The notes under the pieces: generated by a model
Told to the model about the DNA's origin: nothing
Seen by the model: only the letters and a program-made list of their open reading frames with translations
Databases searched by the model: none
Program-made: the position numbers and the translations under genes
In this document: positions 38,397 to 47,402 of the stretch, piece after piece
Layout of the letters: every line of letters begins with the position of its first letter
Position numbering within the stretch: position 1 is the first letter of the stretch
Assembly: GCA_963822445.1 (NCBI GenBank)
Contig: CAWGHO010000002.1
Location: 2,432,001 to 2,496,000 of the forward strand
Direction: 5' to 3'
Length of the DNA stretch: 64,000 bases
Source: an uncultured Acidobacteriota bacterium
GTDB taxonomy: Bacteria > Acidobacteriota > Thermoanaerobaculia > Gp7-AA8

Positions 38397-40349
38397 ATGC
38401 TCTACCGCTTCGACGACGTCGAGAAAAGCTACGGCCCGCACGACGTGTTGCGCGGCGTGACCTGGCAGCACAACCCCGGGGAGCACGTCGGCCTCGTTGG
38501 CCGCAACGGCGCGGGGAAAACGACGCTGTTCCGCCTCCTCCTCAAGCAGGAAGAGCCCGATCACGGGCAGATCATCCGCGCCAACGCGATGACCGTCGGC
38601 CACGTCGGCCAGCATCTGAACGCCGAGCCGGGGATGTCGCTCTTCGATTTCGTCGAGACCGCGTTCGGCAACGTTCTGGCCATCGAGCGGAAGATGCGCG
38701 CGATCGAGCACGACCTCGCCGATCCGTCGAAAGATCACGATCGCCTGCTGGAGAAGTACTCCGAGCTGCAGCACGACTACGAGCACGCCGACGGCTACAC
38801 GCTGCACGCGGAAGTGGAGCGGGTGCTGACCGGCGTCGGATTCGCGGACAGGAAAGAGTGGGAGCGGCCGATCGCGGAGTTCAGCGGCGGGCAGCAGAAC
38901 CGGGCCATGCTCGCGCGCGTCCTGCTGACGAAAGTCGATCTTCTCCTCCTCGACGAACCGACCAACCATCTCGACCTCAAAGGCATCGAGTTCCTCGAAG
39001 AGTTTCTGCAGGACTTCAAAGGCAGCTACCTGCTCATTTCCCACGACCGCACGTTCCTGAACCGCACCGTCGGCAAGATCGTCGAGCTCGCGCACGGGAA
39101 GCTCGTCGAGTACCACGGCAACTACGAGAAGTTCCTCCAGCTCCGCGCCGAGCGGATGGAGAAGATGGCCAAGGACTTCGAGCGCCAGCAGGAGTACATC
39201 GCCGAGACGCAGGACTTCATTCGTCGCAATCTCGCCGGCCAGAAAACGAAACAGGCCAAGTCGCGCCGGAAAATGCTGGACAAGCTCGATGAGATCGAGC
39301 GCCCCGAGACCGACGAGACGCTGGCGAAGTTCACGCTCGACGGCGGCGCGCGATCGGGAGCCGTGGCCATGACCGCGGACCGCATCACCGCCGGCTGGGG
39401 CAGCCGCGCGGTCGTCGAGAACTTCAACATGCAGGTCCGCCGCGGCGAGCGCTACGCGATCATGGGTCCGAACGGGTCGGGCAAGTCGACGCTGCTCAAG
39501 ACCTTCGCCGGCCGCATTCCGCCGCTGGCCGGCACGATCGCCTACGGCCAGAACGTCCAGGTCGGCTACTACGATCAGACCCTCGGCGACCTCAAACCGA
39601 ACGGCCGGGTCATCGATGAAGTGTGGGATATCGATCACACACAGACCGAGCTCGAGGTGCGGTCGTATCTCGCGCGGTTCTCGTTCTTCGACGACGACGT
39701 GTTCAAGAAAACGCGCGATCTCTCGGGCGGCGAGAAGGGGCGGCTCGCGCTCGCGAAGATCATGTACGTCGGCGGGAACGTCATGCTGCTCGACGAGCCG
39801 ACGAATCACCTCGACGTCTACACGCGCGAAGCGCTGGAAGAGGCGCTGGAAGGGTTCACCGGGGCGCTGATCGTCGTGTCGCACGACCGCTACTTCATCG
39901 ATCGCGTGGCCGAGAACATCATCCTCGTCGAAGATGGCCACGCCGAGATTTACTCGGGCAACTACTCGGAGCTCGTCGAACAGTTCAAGAACGGTGCGGC
40001 CGCGCCGGTGACGCCGATCGTCGTGAAAGCGCCACCGCCGCCGCCGAAAGCATCGGAGCCCGTTGCGCCGAGGCCGGTGGTCGACCGCACGGAACAGCGC
40101 CAGCGCTCGAAGCGGATCAAGAAGATCGACGAGGAGATCGCAAACCTCGAAGCGCGGATCGCGTCGGCGGAGTCCGATCGCGAGCGCATCGACCTGCTGC
40201 TCTGTTCCGAGGAGGTGTTCCGGGATGGGGAGCGGTCGAAGAAGATCCAGCAGCAGAACCAGGATCTGAAGGCGATGATCGACCTGCTTTACGGGAAGTG
40301 GGAAGCGCTGGCGAAAGAGAAGGAAGAGCTGGAACCCGTGTCATCCTGA
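38397..40349 (+). CDS. ABC-F family ATPase (Uup/YheS-like) with C-terminal coiled coil
   Basis: Two ABC domains (GRNGAGKT/FSGGQ/DEPTNHLD and GPNGSGKS/LSGGE/DEPTNHLD), no TM segments. Confidence 0.93.
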   Translation: MLYRFDDVEKSYGPHDVLRGVTWQHNPGEHVGLVGRNGAGKTTLFRLLLKQEEPDHGQIIRANAMTVGHVGQHLNAEPGMSLFDFVETAFGNVLAIERKMRAIEHDLADPSKDHDRLLEKYSELQHDYEHADGYTLHAEVERVLTGVGFADRKEWERPIAEFSGGQQNRAMLARVLLTKVDLLLLDEPTNHLDLKGIEFLEEFLQDFKGSYLLISHDRTFLNRTVGKIVELAHGKLVEYHGNYEKFLQLRAERMEKMAKDFERQQEYIAETQDFIRRNLAGQKTKQAKSRRKMLDKLDEIERPETDETLAKFTLDGGARSGAVAMTADRITAGWGSRAVVENFNMQVRRGERYAIMGPNGSGKSTLLKTFAGRIPPLAGTIAYGQNVQVGYYDQTLGDLKPNGRVIDEVWDIDHTQTELEVRSYLARFSFFDDDVFKKTRDLSGGEKGRLALAKIMYVGGNVMLLDEPTNHLDVYTREALEEALEGFTGALIVVSHDRYFIDRVAENIILVEDGHAEIYSGNYSELVEQFKNGAAAPVTPIVVKAPPPPPKASEPVAPRPVVDRTEQRQRSKRIKKIDEEIANLEARIASAESDRERIDLLLCSEEVFRDGERSKKIQQQNQDLKAMIDLLYGKWEALAKEKEELEPVSS

Positions 40350-40441
40350 GCCGGCACGGCCGGCAGCGCTGATTGCTGCGCCGGTGCACGTGCGGCTGCC
40401 CTGACCTTTCACTTCTCTTTGTTCGGCGTCAAGATGCGTTC

Positions 40442-41687
40442 ATGAACGCAGCAATCATCGCCATCGGCTCGGAGATGCTCGGGCCGACGCGCGTGGACAC
40501 GAACTCCCTCAAGATCACCGCCGCGCTGGAGCAGTACGCGGTCGCGCTGGTACGCAAATCGGTCGTCGGCGACAAGCTCGCCGATCTCGTCGCGGAAATC
40601 CGTTTCTCGGCCGCACAGGCCGATATTCTCGTGATTACAGGCGGCCTCGGGCCGACCGAGGATGATCTGACTCGCGAGGCGCTGGCGGAGGCTTTCGGGC
40701 TGGCGATGCATGTCGAGCAGTCGATCATCGACCGGCTGCAGGAGCGCTTCGCAGCGCGCGGCTGGAAGATGCCCGAGGTCAATAAGCGGCAGGCGAATGT
40801 CTTCACTGGACAGACGACGCTGACCAACGAGCGCGGCACAGCGCCGGGCTTCCACATCGAGACCGCGGGCAAGCACGTCTGGGTGTTTCCCGGCGTGCCG
40901 CACGAGCTGGAGTGGATGCTCGAGACGTACTTCGTGCCCTGGCTTAACGAGCTCCGTGGCGGACGCGCGAGGTACCGGCGCGTGCTGAAAATCACCGGCG
41001 TCACCGAGTCGGGCGTCGACGAGCGGCTCAAGCCGTACTACGAGCGGCACAAGGGCGAGCTGGTGACGATCCTGGCCAGCGGCGGCGCGACGGAGATTCA
41101 TCTGCACGCGGATGGATCGGAAGTCGAGGCCCGCGCGGTGATCGCCGCGAATGAAAAGGAAGTGCTGGAGATCTTCGGCCACCGAGTGTTCGGTTACGAC
41201 GAAGACACGCTCGAAAGCGTGGTCGGCAATCTCCTGAAATCACGCGGCGAAACGTTGGCTGTTGCCGAGTCGTGCACCGGCGGTCTCCTCGGCTCCCGAA
41301 TCACCGACATCCCGGGCAGCTCCGCCTACTTCCTCGGCGGCGGCATCTGCTACACCGGCGCCGCGAAGACCGCGCTGGCCGGTGTCGATCCGCAACTCAT
41401 CCGCGAGAACGGCGAGGTCTCCGAACCGGTTGCCATCGCGATGGCCACCGGCATCCGCGAGCGTTTCGGCGCCACGTGGGGCGTCGGAATTACCAGGCAT
41501 CGCCGGCCCGACTGGCGGAACGCCGGAGAAGCCCGTCGGCACCGTCCACATCGCCGTAGCCGGCCCGAACGGCCACGAGCACCGCAAGTTGCTCTGGCAG
41601 GGCCCGCGCACGATCATCAAGTGGTTCTCGACACAGTGGGGGTTGGATCTGCTCAGGCGGTCGTTGTTGACGAATACGCACGAGTAG
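40442..41687 (+). CDS. cinA: Competence/damage-inducible protein CinA (with PncC domain); +1 frameshift at about 41495 (assembly error or pseudogene)
   Basis: AIGSEML, VDTNS, TGGLGPTEDDLTRE, PGVPHEL, AESCTGG. The conserved ITGIAGPTGGT is split by an extra A (ATT ACC A GGC ATC); removing it gives 414 aa. Confidence 0.88.
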
Positions 41688-41695
41688 CCCACATT
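41667..41695 (+). promoter_or_regulatory. Sigma70-type promoter for vapBC (TTGACG-N17-CACATT) with overlapping CACA-T-TGTG palindrome
   Basis: -35 at 41667-41672 and -10 at 41690-41695, 6 nt before ATG 41702. Confidence 0.55.
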
Positions 41696-41701
41696 GTGTG
41701 T

Positions 41702-42004
41702 ATGAAGCGCACGAACGTGATTCTCGATGAAGAGCTGTTGGAAAAGGCCCGGCGGGTGACCGGCGAGAAAACGTATTCAGCGACGATCAACAAGTTACTC
41801 GCGGAGGCCGTTCGCGTGGCGGACCTGAAGCGCGCCATTGCAGAAATCGTGGAGCACAACAAGAACGGGGCGATGCTCAATCGCGGTTACGTTGAGGAGA
41901 GGTGGCCCGAGTCCGCCGCGAGAATCTGGCCTCGAAAACAGCGCGCTTCCGCGGACGAAGTTCGCGCGCCGAAGAAGAAGGCCAAGCGTCGTGTGGCTCG
42001 TTGA
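41702..42004 (+). CDS. vapB: Type II antitoxin VapB (RHH-type)
   Basis: MKRTNVILDEELLEKARRVTGEKTYSATINKLL is a typical VapB N-terminus; overlaps vapC. Confidence 0.85.
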   Translation: MKRTNVILDEELLEKARRVTGEKTYSATINKLLAEAVRVADLKRAIAEIVEHNKNGAMLNRGYVEERWPESAARIWPRKQRASADEVRAPKKKAKRRVAR

Positions 42005-42368
42005 CTCGAGCGCCTGGATTCTGTTGGGCGCCGATCTCGAGAGTCTCAAGACCCGATTGGACGGAGTCGCGACGTGTCCACCAATCGTGCAGGAGATGCT
42101 CCAAGGGGCGAGCGGCTCGGCCGCCTACCAACAGTGGCGCAACGCCTTGCTGCGAACCCGCGTTCTCGACGCACCGGTCCCTCTTACGAGATATGAAGAG
42201 GCCGCACGGCTGTACCTTCGCTGCCGCGATGCCGGCTTCACGATCCGCTCATCGGTCGATTGCCTGATCGCGGCCTGTGCGATAGCGCACGACATTACGG
42301 TCCTTCACGACGATCGCGACTTCCAATTCATCGCGCAGGTGACGCAACTCAAAGCGCAGCGCGTTTAG
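41991..42368 (+). CDS. vapC: PIN-domain toxin VapC
   Basis: LVDSSAWI, IVQEMLQG, RSSVDCLIAACA, LHDDRDF: the acidic PIN tetrad is intact; 125 aa. Confidence 0.9.
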   Translation: MWLVDSSAWILLGADLESLKTRLDGVATCPPIVQEMLQGASGSAAYQQWRNALLRTRVLDAPVPLTRYEEAARLYLRCRDAGFTIRSSVDCLIAACAIAHDITVLHDDRDFQFIAQVTQLKAQRV

Positions 42369-43683
42369 CCGTTCCTCAATCGCAAAACGTTCGTGATCAC
42401 GTCGTTGTACAACACGACGATCATCAGCGTCGCCAGCGCCGCGAATCCCACCTGCTGGATCCGCTCTTTCACGCGCAGCGAGAGATCGCGGCGGGCTACA
42501 CCTTCGATCAGCAGGATCATGATGTGGCCGCCGTCGAGAACGGGGATGGGCAGCAGGTTCATCACACCAAGTTGTAACGAGATCATGGCCATGAGGCCGA
42601 TCACGTAGACCCAGCCGCGGCTGACCATCTCGCCGGAGATGCGCGCGATGTTGATCGGGCCGCTGAGCTCTTTCATGCTGCCTTCGCGGCGGAACATGCG
42701 GGAAAGCGCGCTCATCGCGTACTTCAGCATCTTCCAGTTCTCGGCGACGCTGTGGCGCAGCGCAGGAATCAGCGAAAGCTTGAACATGCGCGTCGGCGGA
42801 ACCATGCCGCGGAGCACACCCAGTTTTTCGTCGGTAGTCGGGGCGAGCGAGAGTGCGACCTGCTGGCCGTTGCGATCGACGACCACCGCCACCGGCTTCG
42901 GTCTTCGTGTCGTCGGAGATCTTCGCGAAGTCCTCCAGTGCGGCCACGGGTTTGCCGTTGGCGGACGACGATCCGGTCGCCGGCGCGAACTCCGGCAGCG
43001 GCGGCGGGAGAGGCAGGGGTCACGCGGCCGATCACCGGCTCGAGGCCGGAACGGATTCCGGCGCGCCCGACCGGGCCGAAATCGCTTTCATCGCGCTCCG
43101 GGGTCATCGTCGTTTTGCCGGTCACGCCGTTGCGCACGTAAACGACTTCCAGCGGCGTCCCGGCGTTCATCGAGACGATCAGGCGCAGGTCATCGAAGTC
43201 ATTCACCGGCTCGCCTTTGACAGCGACGATGCGATCGCCGGCGAGCAATCCGGCCTTCGCGGCTGGTTTTCCGGCTTCGACCTCGCTGATCACCGGCTTG
43301 GTGATGAGCTGTTCGGTGCCGACCATCGCCAGGCCAGCCACGAAAGCGATGGCGATGAGGATGTTCATGGCCGGGCCGGCGAAGAGGATCAGGAAGCGCT
43401 GCCATTTCGGCTTGGACAAAAACTCGTCCGGCGTCCCAACCACATTGTCCTCGGGCGTATCGCCAGCCATCCGCACGTAGCCGCCGAGGGGGATCAGCGA
43501 GACGCGGTAGTCGGTGTCGCCGTGCTTGAAGCCGAACAGGCGCTTGCCGAAGCCGAATGAGAAGACCAGCACGCGGACCCGGAAGAGCTTGGCCAGCATG
43601 AAGTGCCCGGCCTCATGGGCGAAGATGAGGAACCCCAGGACGAGGATGAAGGAGAAGAGGTTTCGGACTAGCGTTTCGGCCAT
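42365..43683 (-). CDS. rseP: RIP metalloprotease RseP; two +1 frameshifts (about 42966 and 42900)
   Basis: HEAGH, PLGGYVRM, AGPAMN, two PDZ domains and NLLPIPVLDGGH, spread over three frames. Removing two bases gives 438 aa. Confidence 0.88.
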
Positions 43684-43702
43684 TGTTTTGAAGGGATTCC
43701 GG

Positions 43703-44860
43703 TCAGCGGCTCAGTGCAACATCGATCCCGCGCGCTTCGTTCCTTGCCCAGCCATCCCAGTGCAGCGCGTCCTCGACGGAGGCGATGGCAGCGGTCTGGC
43801 CGGCGTGTTTGTCGAGTACCCGGGCCACGATGTCTACGATTCCGACGAAGGGAAGTTCTCCGGCCAGGAACCGCTCGACGGCGATCTCGTTGGCGGCGTT
43901 GAGCACCGCGGGCATGGAGCCCCCCGCGCGGAGCGCCGCGTATGCGAGCTGAACCGCAGGAAAACGCTTCGGATCGACCGGCAGGAAATCGAGCTTGCTG
44001 ATCCTGGCCAGGTCCAGGCGTGCAAACGGCGCCGGGACGCGATCCGGATAGAGGAGCGCGTACTGGATCGGGAACTTCATGTCGGTGGTCGAGAGCTGGG
44101 CGATGATCGAGCCATCGACGTACTCGACCATCGAGTGCACGATCGACTGCGGATGGATGACGATGTCGATCCGGTCCGCGGGCATGTCGAAGAGGTGATG
44201 GGCCTCGATGACTTCCAGCCCTTTGTTCATCATCGTCGCCGAGTCGATGGAGATCTTGCTGCCCATCCGCCAGGTGGGGTGGGCCAGCGCGGCGTCGATG
44301 GTGATGTCGTCGAAGGTGGCCAGGTCGCGATGGAGGAACGGGCCGCCGGACGCCGTGAGGATGATGCGCTGCAGCTCGTCGTGGCGGCCGCAGCGGATGG
44401 CCTGGTGCACGGCGTTGTGCTCGGAGTCGACAGGGAGGATCTCGCCGCCGGATTCGCGGGCGGCGCGGGTCATCACGTCGCCCGCGGCGACGAGGACTTC
44501 TTTGTTGGCGATGCAGACGCGTTTGCCGGCTTTGAGCGCGGCGTAGACCGGGCTGATGCCGGCCGCGCCGACGATCGCGGCGATGACGGCATCGCCGGTG
44601 GTTGCTACTGCGGATGCGCCGTCCATTCCGTGAAGGATTTCGGTGTCATCACCAATCAGCGCGCGCAACCGCGCGACGTCATCTTCGCTGCGTACGGAAA
44701 CGACCGACGGTCGATACCGCTGGACCTGTTCAGCAAGCAATTCGATGTTGCCGCCCGCCGCCAGCGCGGCGACCGAAAGCGCGTCGGGAAACGCGTCGAC
44801 GACGGCGAGGGTGCTCCTGCCGACGCTGCCGGTGCTGCCGAGGATGGAGATGGTTCGCAT
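43703..44860 (-). CDS. dxr: 1-deoxy-D-xylulose-5-phosphate reductoisomerase
   Basis: LGSTGSVG, ANKE, PVDSEHNA, HPTWRMGSKISIDSATMMNKGLEVIEA. Confidence 0.96.
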   Translation of the reverse strand: MRTISILGSTGSVGRSTLAVVDAFPDALSVAALAAGGNIELLAEQVQRYRPSVVSVRSEDDVARLRALIGDDTEILHGMDGASAVATTGDAVIAAIVGAAGISPVYAALKAGKRVCIANKEVLVAAGDVMTRAARESGGEILPVDSEHNAVHQAIRCGRHDELQRIILTASGGPFLHRDLATFDDITIDAALAHPTWRMGSKISIDSATMMNKGLEVIEAHHLFDMPADRIDIVIHPQSIVHSMVEYVDGSIIAQLSTTDMKFPIQYALLYPDRVPAPFARLDLARISKLDFLPVDPKRFPAVQLAYAALRAGGSMPAVLNAANEIAVERFLAGELPFVGIVDIVARVLDKHAGQTAAIASVEDALHWDGWARNEARGIDVALSR

Positions 44861-45691
44861 TCAGGCGGACATGATGTTCAGCGAGCGGAAGCCCTTCACC
44901 AGCAGCGTCCAGTAGCTGTAGAGGATGGGTGCGGTGAAGAGGATGGAGTCGAAGCGGTCCAGAAATCCGCCGTGACCGGGAAGGAGCGTGCCGGAGTCCT
45001 TCACCGCCGCGGAGCGCTTCCACATCGACTCCGCGAGATCGCCGACCACGCCGGCGAAGGAGAGGATCACGCCGGCGATGATCGCGTGCACCAGAGGGAA
45101 GGTCTTGAAGAAGGTGAAGTGGATGACCACCGCGGTGATGACCGACGTGGCGATTCCGCCGAGGAGCCCTTCCACGGTTTTCTTCGGGCTGATGCGTGGG
45201 GAGAGCTTGTGCCGGCCGAAGGTCTTGCCGACGTAGTACGCGCCGCTGTCGCCGAGCCAGACCACCAGCAGCAGGAAGAACACCAGCTTCGATCCTTCCG
45301 GAAAGTCGTTGCGGAGGCGGATCAGCGAGCCGCCGAGCATGCCCACGTAGGTCGTGGCCAGCACGGCGATCGCGCTGGATGGCAGCGAGTCCTCGAGCTC
45401 CTTCCGTCCAACCACGTACCAGGCCGGGATGAGCAGCAGCGCGGTGAACATCCCCAGCTCGACCGACAGCCCGGGCAGGATGAACGCGGCCATGATCACG
45501 AGCATGATCACGACGCAGAGCGAGATGGGAACGTCGTACCCCTTGGCCTTGCCCAGCGCCAGGAATTCGTACAGCGCGAGAACGGCGATCAGCGCCATGA
45601 CCGCGTCGAAGACGTACTCATGGCTCCAGCCGATCAGCCAGATGATGAGCGGCGCGGCGACGACCGCCGTGATCTCGCGTGCGAAGCGCAT
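44861..45691 (-). CDS. cdsA: Phosphatidate cytidylyltransferase
   Basis: DSGAYYVG, ISPKKTVEG, GDLAESMWKR, KDSGTLLPGHGGFLDRFDS. Confidence 0.95.
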   Translation of the reverse strand: MRFAREITAVVAAPLIIWLIGWSHEYVFDAVMALIAVLALYEFLALGKAKGYDVPISLCVVIMLVIMAAFILPGLSVELGMFTALLLIPAWYVVGRKELEDSLPSSAIAVLATTYVGMLGGSLIRLRNDFPEGSKLVFFLLLVVWLGDSGAYYVGKTFGRHKLSPRISPKKTVEGLLGGIATSVITAVVIHFTFFKTFPLVHAIIAGVILSFAGVVGDLAESMWKRSAAVKDSGTLLPGHGGFLDRFDSILFTAPILYSYWTLLVKGFRSLNIMSA

Positions 45692-45694
45692 CCG

Positions 45695-46513
45695 TTAGGA
45701 CGACCTCGAGTCGTCCGCTTCGACGAACATCTCGCCGTCAGGCGGCTCGACCGCGCCGTAGCGGCGCTCGCGGGCCTGGAAGTCGATGATGGCCTCGTAG
45801 AGGTTCCGCTTCCGGAAGTCGGGCCACAGCACTTTGGTGACGTGAATCTCGGCGTACGCGATCTGCCAGAGCAGAAAGTTCGAGACGCGCAGCTCGCCGC
45901 TGGTGCGGATGAGCAGGTCGGGATCTTCGACGTTCGCGGTGTAGAGATGGCTGGAGAAGAAGTCCTCGTCGATGACCGCGTCGCTCATTTCCTTTTCACG
46001 AAGGGTGGCCATGATGCGGTTGCAGGTGTCGACGATCTCCGCGCGGCCGCCGTAGTTGAGCGCGATCTGAAACAGGAGGCCGCTGTTCTCCGCGGTCTTC
46101 TCCTCGGCATACCGAAGCTCCCGCTGCACGCTCGGATCGAGTCCGTCGATGCGCCCGATAGGCGTGAAGCGGATGTTGTTCTCCATCAGCGTCTGCAGCT
46201 CTTTCCGGAGGTACTCCTTCAGCAGCATCATCAGCGTCGCGACTTCGTACCGCGGCCGCTTCCAGTTTTCGACGGAGAAGGCGTACAGGGTGACCACGCC
46301 GAGCTCGAGCCGGGCCGCGGTCTCGACGGTCTCACGAACGGAGGCGATGCCGGCGCGATGGCCTTCGACGCGGGGGAGGCTGCGGGCCCGGGCCCAGCGG
46401 CCGTTCCCGTCCATGATCACCGCCACGTGCCGCGGCAGGCGCTTCAGGTCGATCTTCTCGAGGAGGGTCTCCTCGATCGACCCGGGCTCGGCAAGCTTGC
46501 GGACGTCGATCAC
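45695..46513 (-). CDS. uppS: Undecaprenyl diphosphate synthase
   Basis: HVAVIMDGNGRWA, YAFSVENWKRP, ALNYGGR, IRTSGELRVSNFLLWQ. Confidence 0.96.
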   Translation of the reverse strand: MIDVRKLAEPGSIEETLLEKIDLKRLPRHVAVIMDGNGRWARARSLPRVEGHRAGIASVRETVETAARLELGVVTLYAFSVENWKRPRYEVATLMMLLKEYLRKELQTLMENNIRFTPIGRIDGLDPSVQRELRYAEEKTAENSGLLFQIALNYGGRAEIVDTCNRIMATLREKEMSDAVIDEDFFSSHLYTANVEDPDLLIRTSGELRVSNFLLWQIAYAEIHVTKVLWPDFRKRNLYEAIIDFQARERRYGAVEPPDGEMFVEADDSRSS

Positions 46514-46537
46514 AGAGGGGGGATGTTAGCACCGGGC

Positions 46538-46617
46538 CGAGGTTGCGAGGTTGCGGGGTTACGGGGTTACGAGGTGCGCTCCGCCTCGGAACCTCGAAAC
46601 CCCGAAACCTCGTAACC
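46538..46617. repeat. Palindromic octamer tandem-repeat array (CGRGGTTN)n ... (NAACCYCG)n
   Basis: cgaggttg cgaggttg cggggtta cggggtta cgaggt - spacer - cctcg gaacctcg aaaccccg aaacctcg taacc. Confidence 0.88.
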
Positions 46618-47313
46618 AACGCCTTTCAAAACCAGGCCTTTGGCGGGCGCCGTCCACCTCGCTTCGTCGAAGGACAGGGCCTCCGCGCGGCCTTTTCCCA
46701 CCTCGATCAGCGAGCCGGCGATGCGCCGGACCATGTAGCGGAGAAAGCCATCCGCGGTCACCGTGATGCGGATCGCCTCGCCTTCCCGAACCACCGAAAT
46801 CGCGCGCACGGTTCTCACGGTCGACTCGACTTCCGGCTCGGCCACGGTGAAGGCACGAAAGTCGTGCGTGCCCACAACATTCTGAGCGGCGGCGGCCATG
46901 GCCTCGACGTCGAGCGGTCTGGCGATGTGCGCATGGGTTTCCTGCGCGAAAACATCCGCCACTTCCGCGTTCCAGATCCGGTATTCGTACGTCTTCGACG
47001 TCGCGGAGAAACGCGCGTGGAAGTCGTCAGCAACCGTCTCCGCGCTCGTGATCCTGATGTCGTACGGCAGGATCTGATTCAGTCCGAGGACGAGTCCGCG
47101 CGAGGGGATCTCGAACGGAACGTCGGCGTGAGCGCGCTGGGCGAGCGCATGCACGCCGGCATCCGTGCGTCCGGCGCCGTGCAGGCGGACCTCGGCGCTG
47201 AACATCTTCTCCAGCGCCTCTTCGACGACCTGTTGAATCGACGGCGCGTTGATCTGCCGCTGCCAGCCGCCGTAGCGAGTGCCGAGGTACTGGAGCGTCA
47301 GGAAAACGCGCAT
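46567..47313 (-). CDS. truA: tRNA pseudouridine(38-40) synthase
   Basis: YLGTRYGGWQRQ, GAGRTDAGVHA, FHARF, GFLRYMVR, TAPAKGLVL. Confidence 0.95.
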   Translation of the reverse strand: MRVFLTLQYLGTRYGGWQRQINAPSIQQVVEEALEKMFSAEVRLHGAGRTDAGVHALAQRAHADVPFEIPSRGLVLGLNQILPYDIRITSAETVADDFHARFSATSKTYEYRIWNAEVADVFAQETHAHIARPLDVEAMAAAAQNVVGTHDFRAFTVAEPEVESTVRTVRAISVVREGEAIRITVTADGFLRYMVRRIAGSLIEVGKGRAEALSFDEARWTAPAKGLVLKGVGYEVSGFRGSEAERTS

Positions 47314-47317
47314 GATT

Positions 47318-47398
47318 AGTAGGCAGTAGGCAGTGGGCAGTAGGCAGTGGACCGGTTCTCCCGCCTACTGCGAGCCGCGGAGCGGCGTACTGCCTACT
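47318..47398. repeat. Palindromic heptamer tandem-repeat array (AGTAGGC)x4 ... (GCCTACT)x2
   Basis: agtaggc agtaggc agtgggc agtaggc agtgg - spacer - gcctact - 19-nt insert - act gcctact. Confidence 0.85.
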
Positions 47399-47402
47399 CA
47401 GG

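Noticed and set aside
40373-42004. CinA-VapB fusion protein (543 aa)
   Set aside because: Produced by one extra base at 41495. The real CinA C-terminus is intact in another frame, and vapB has its own promoter and ATG.
43514-46615. 1033-aa plus-strand ORF
   Set aside because: Antisense shadow of uppS-cdsA-dxr, expected from high-GC codon bias; no recognisable motifs.
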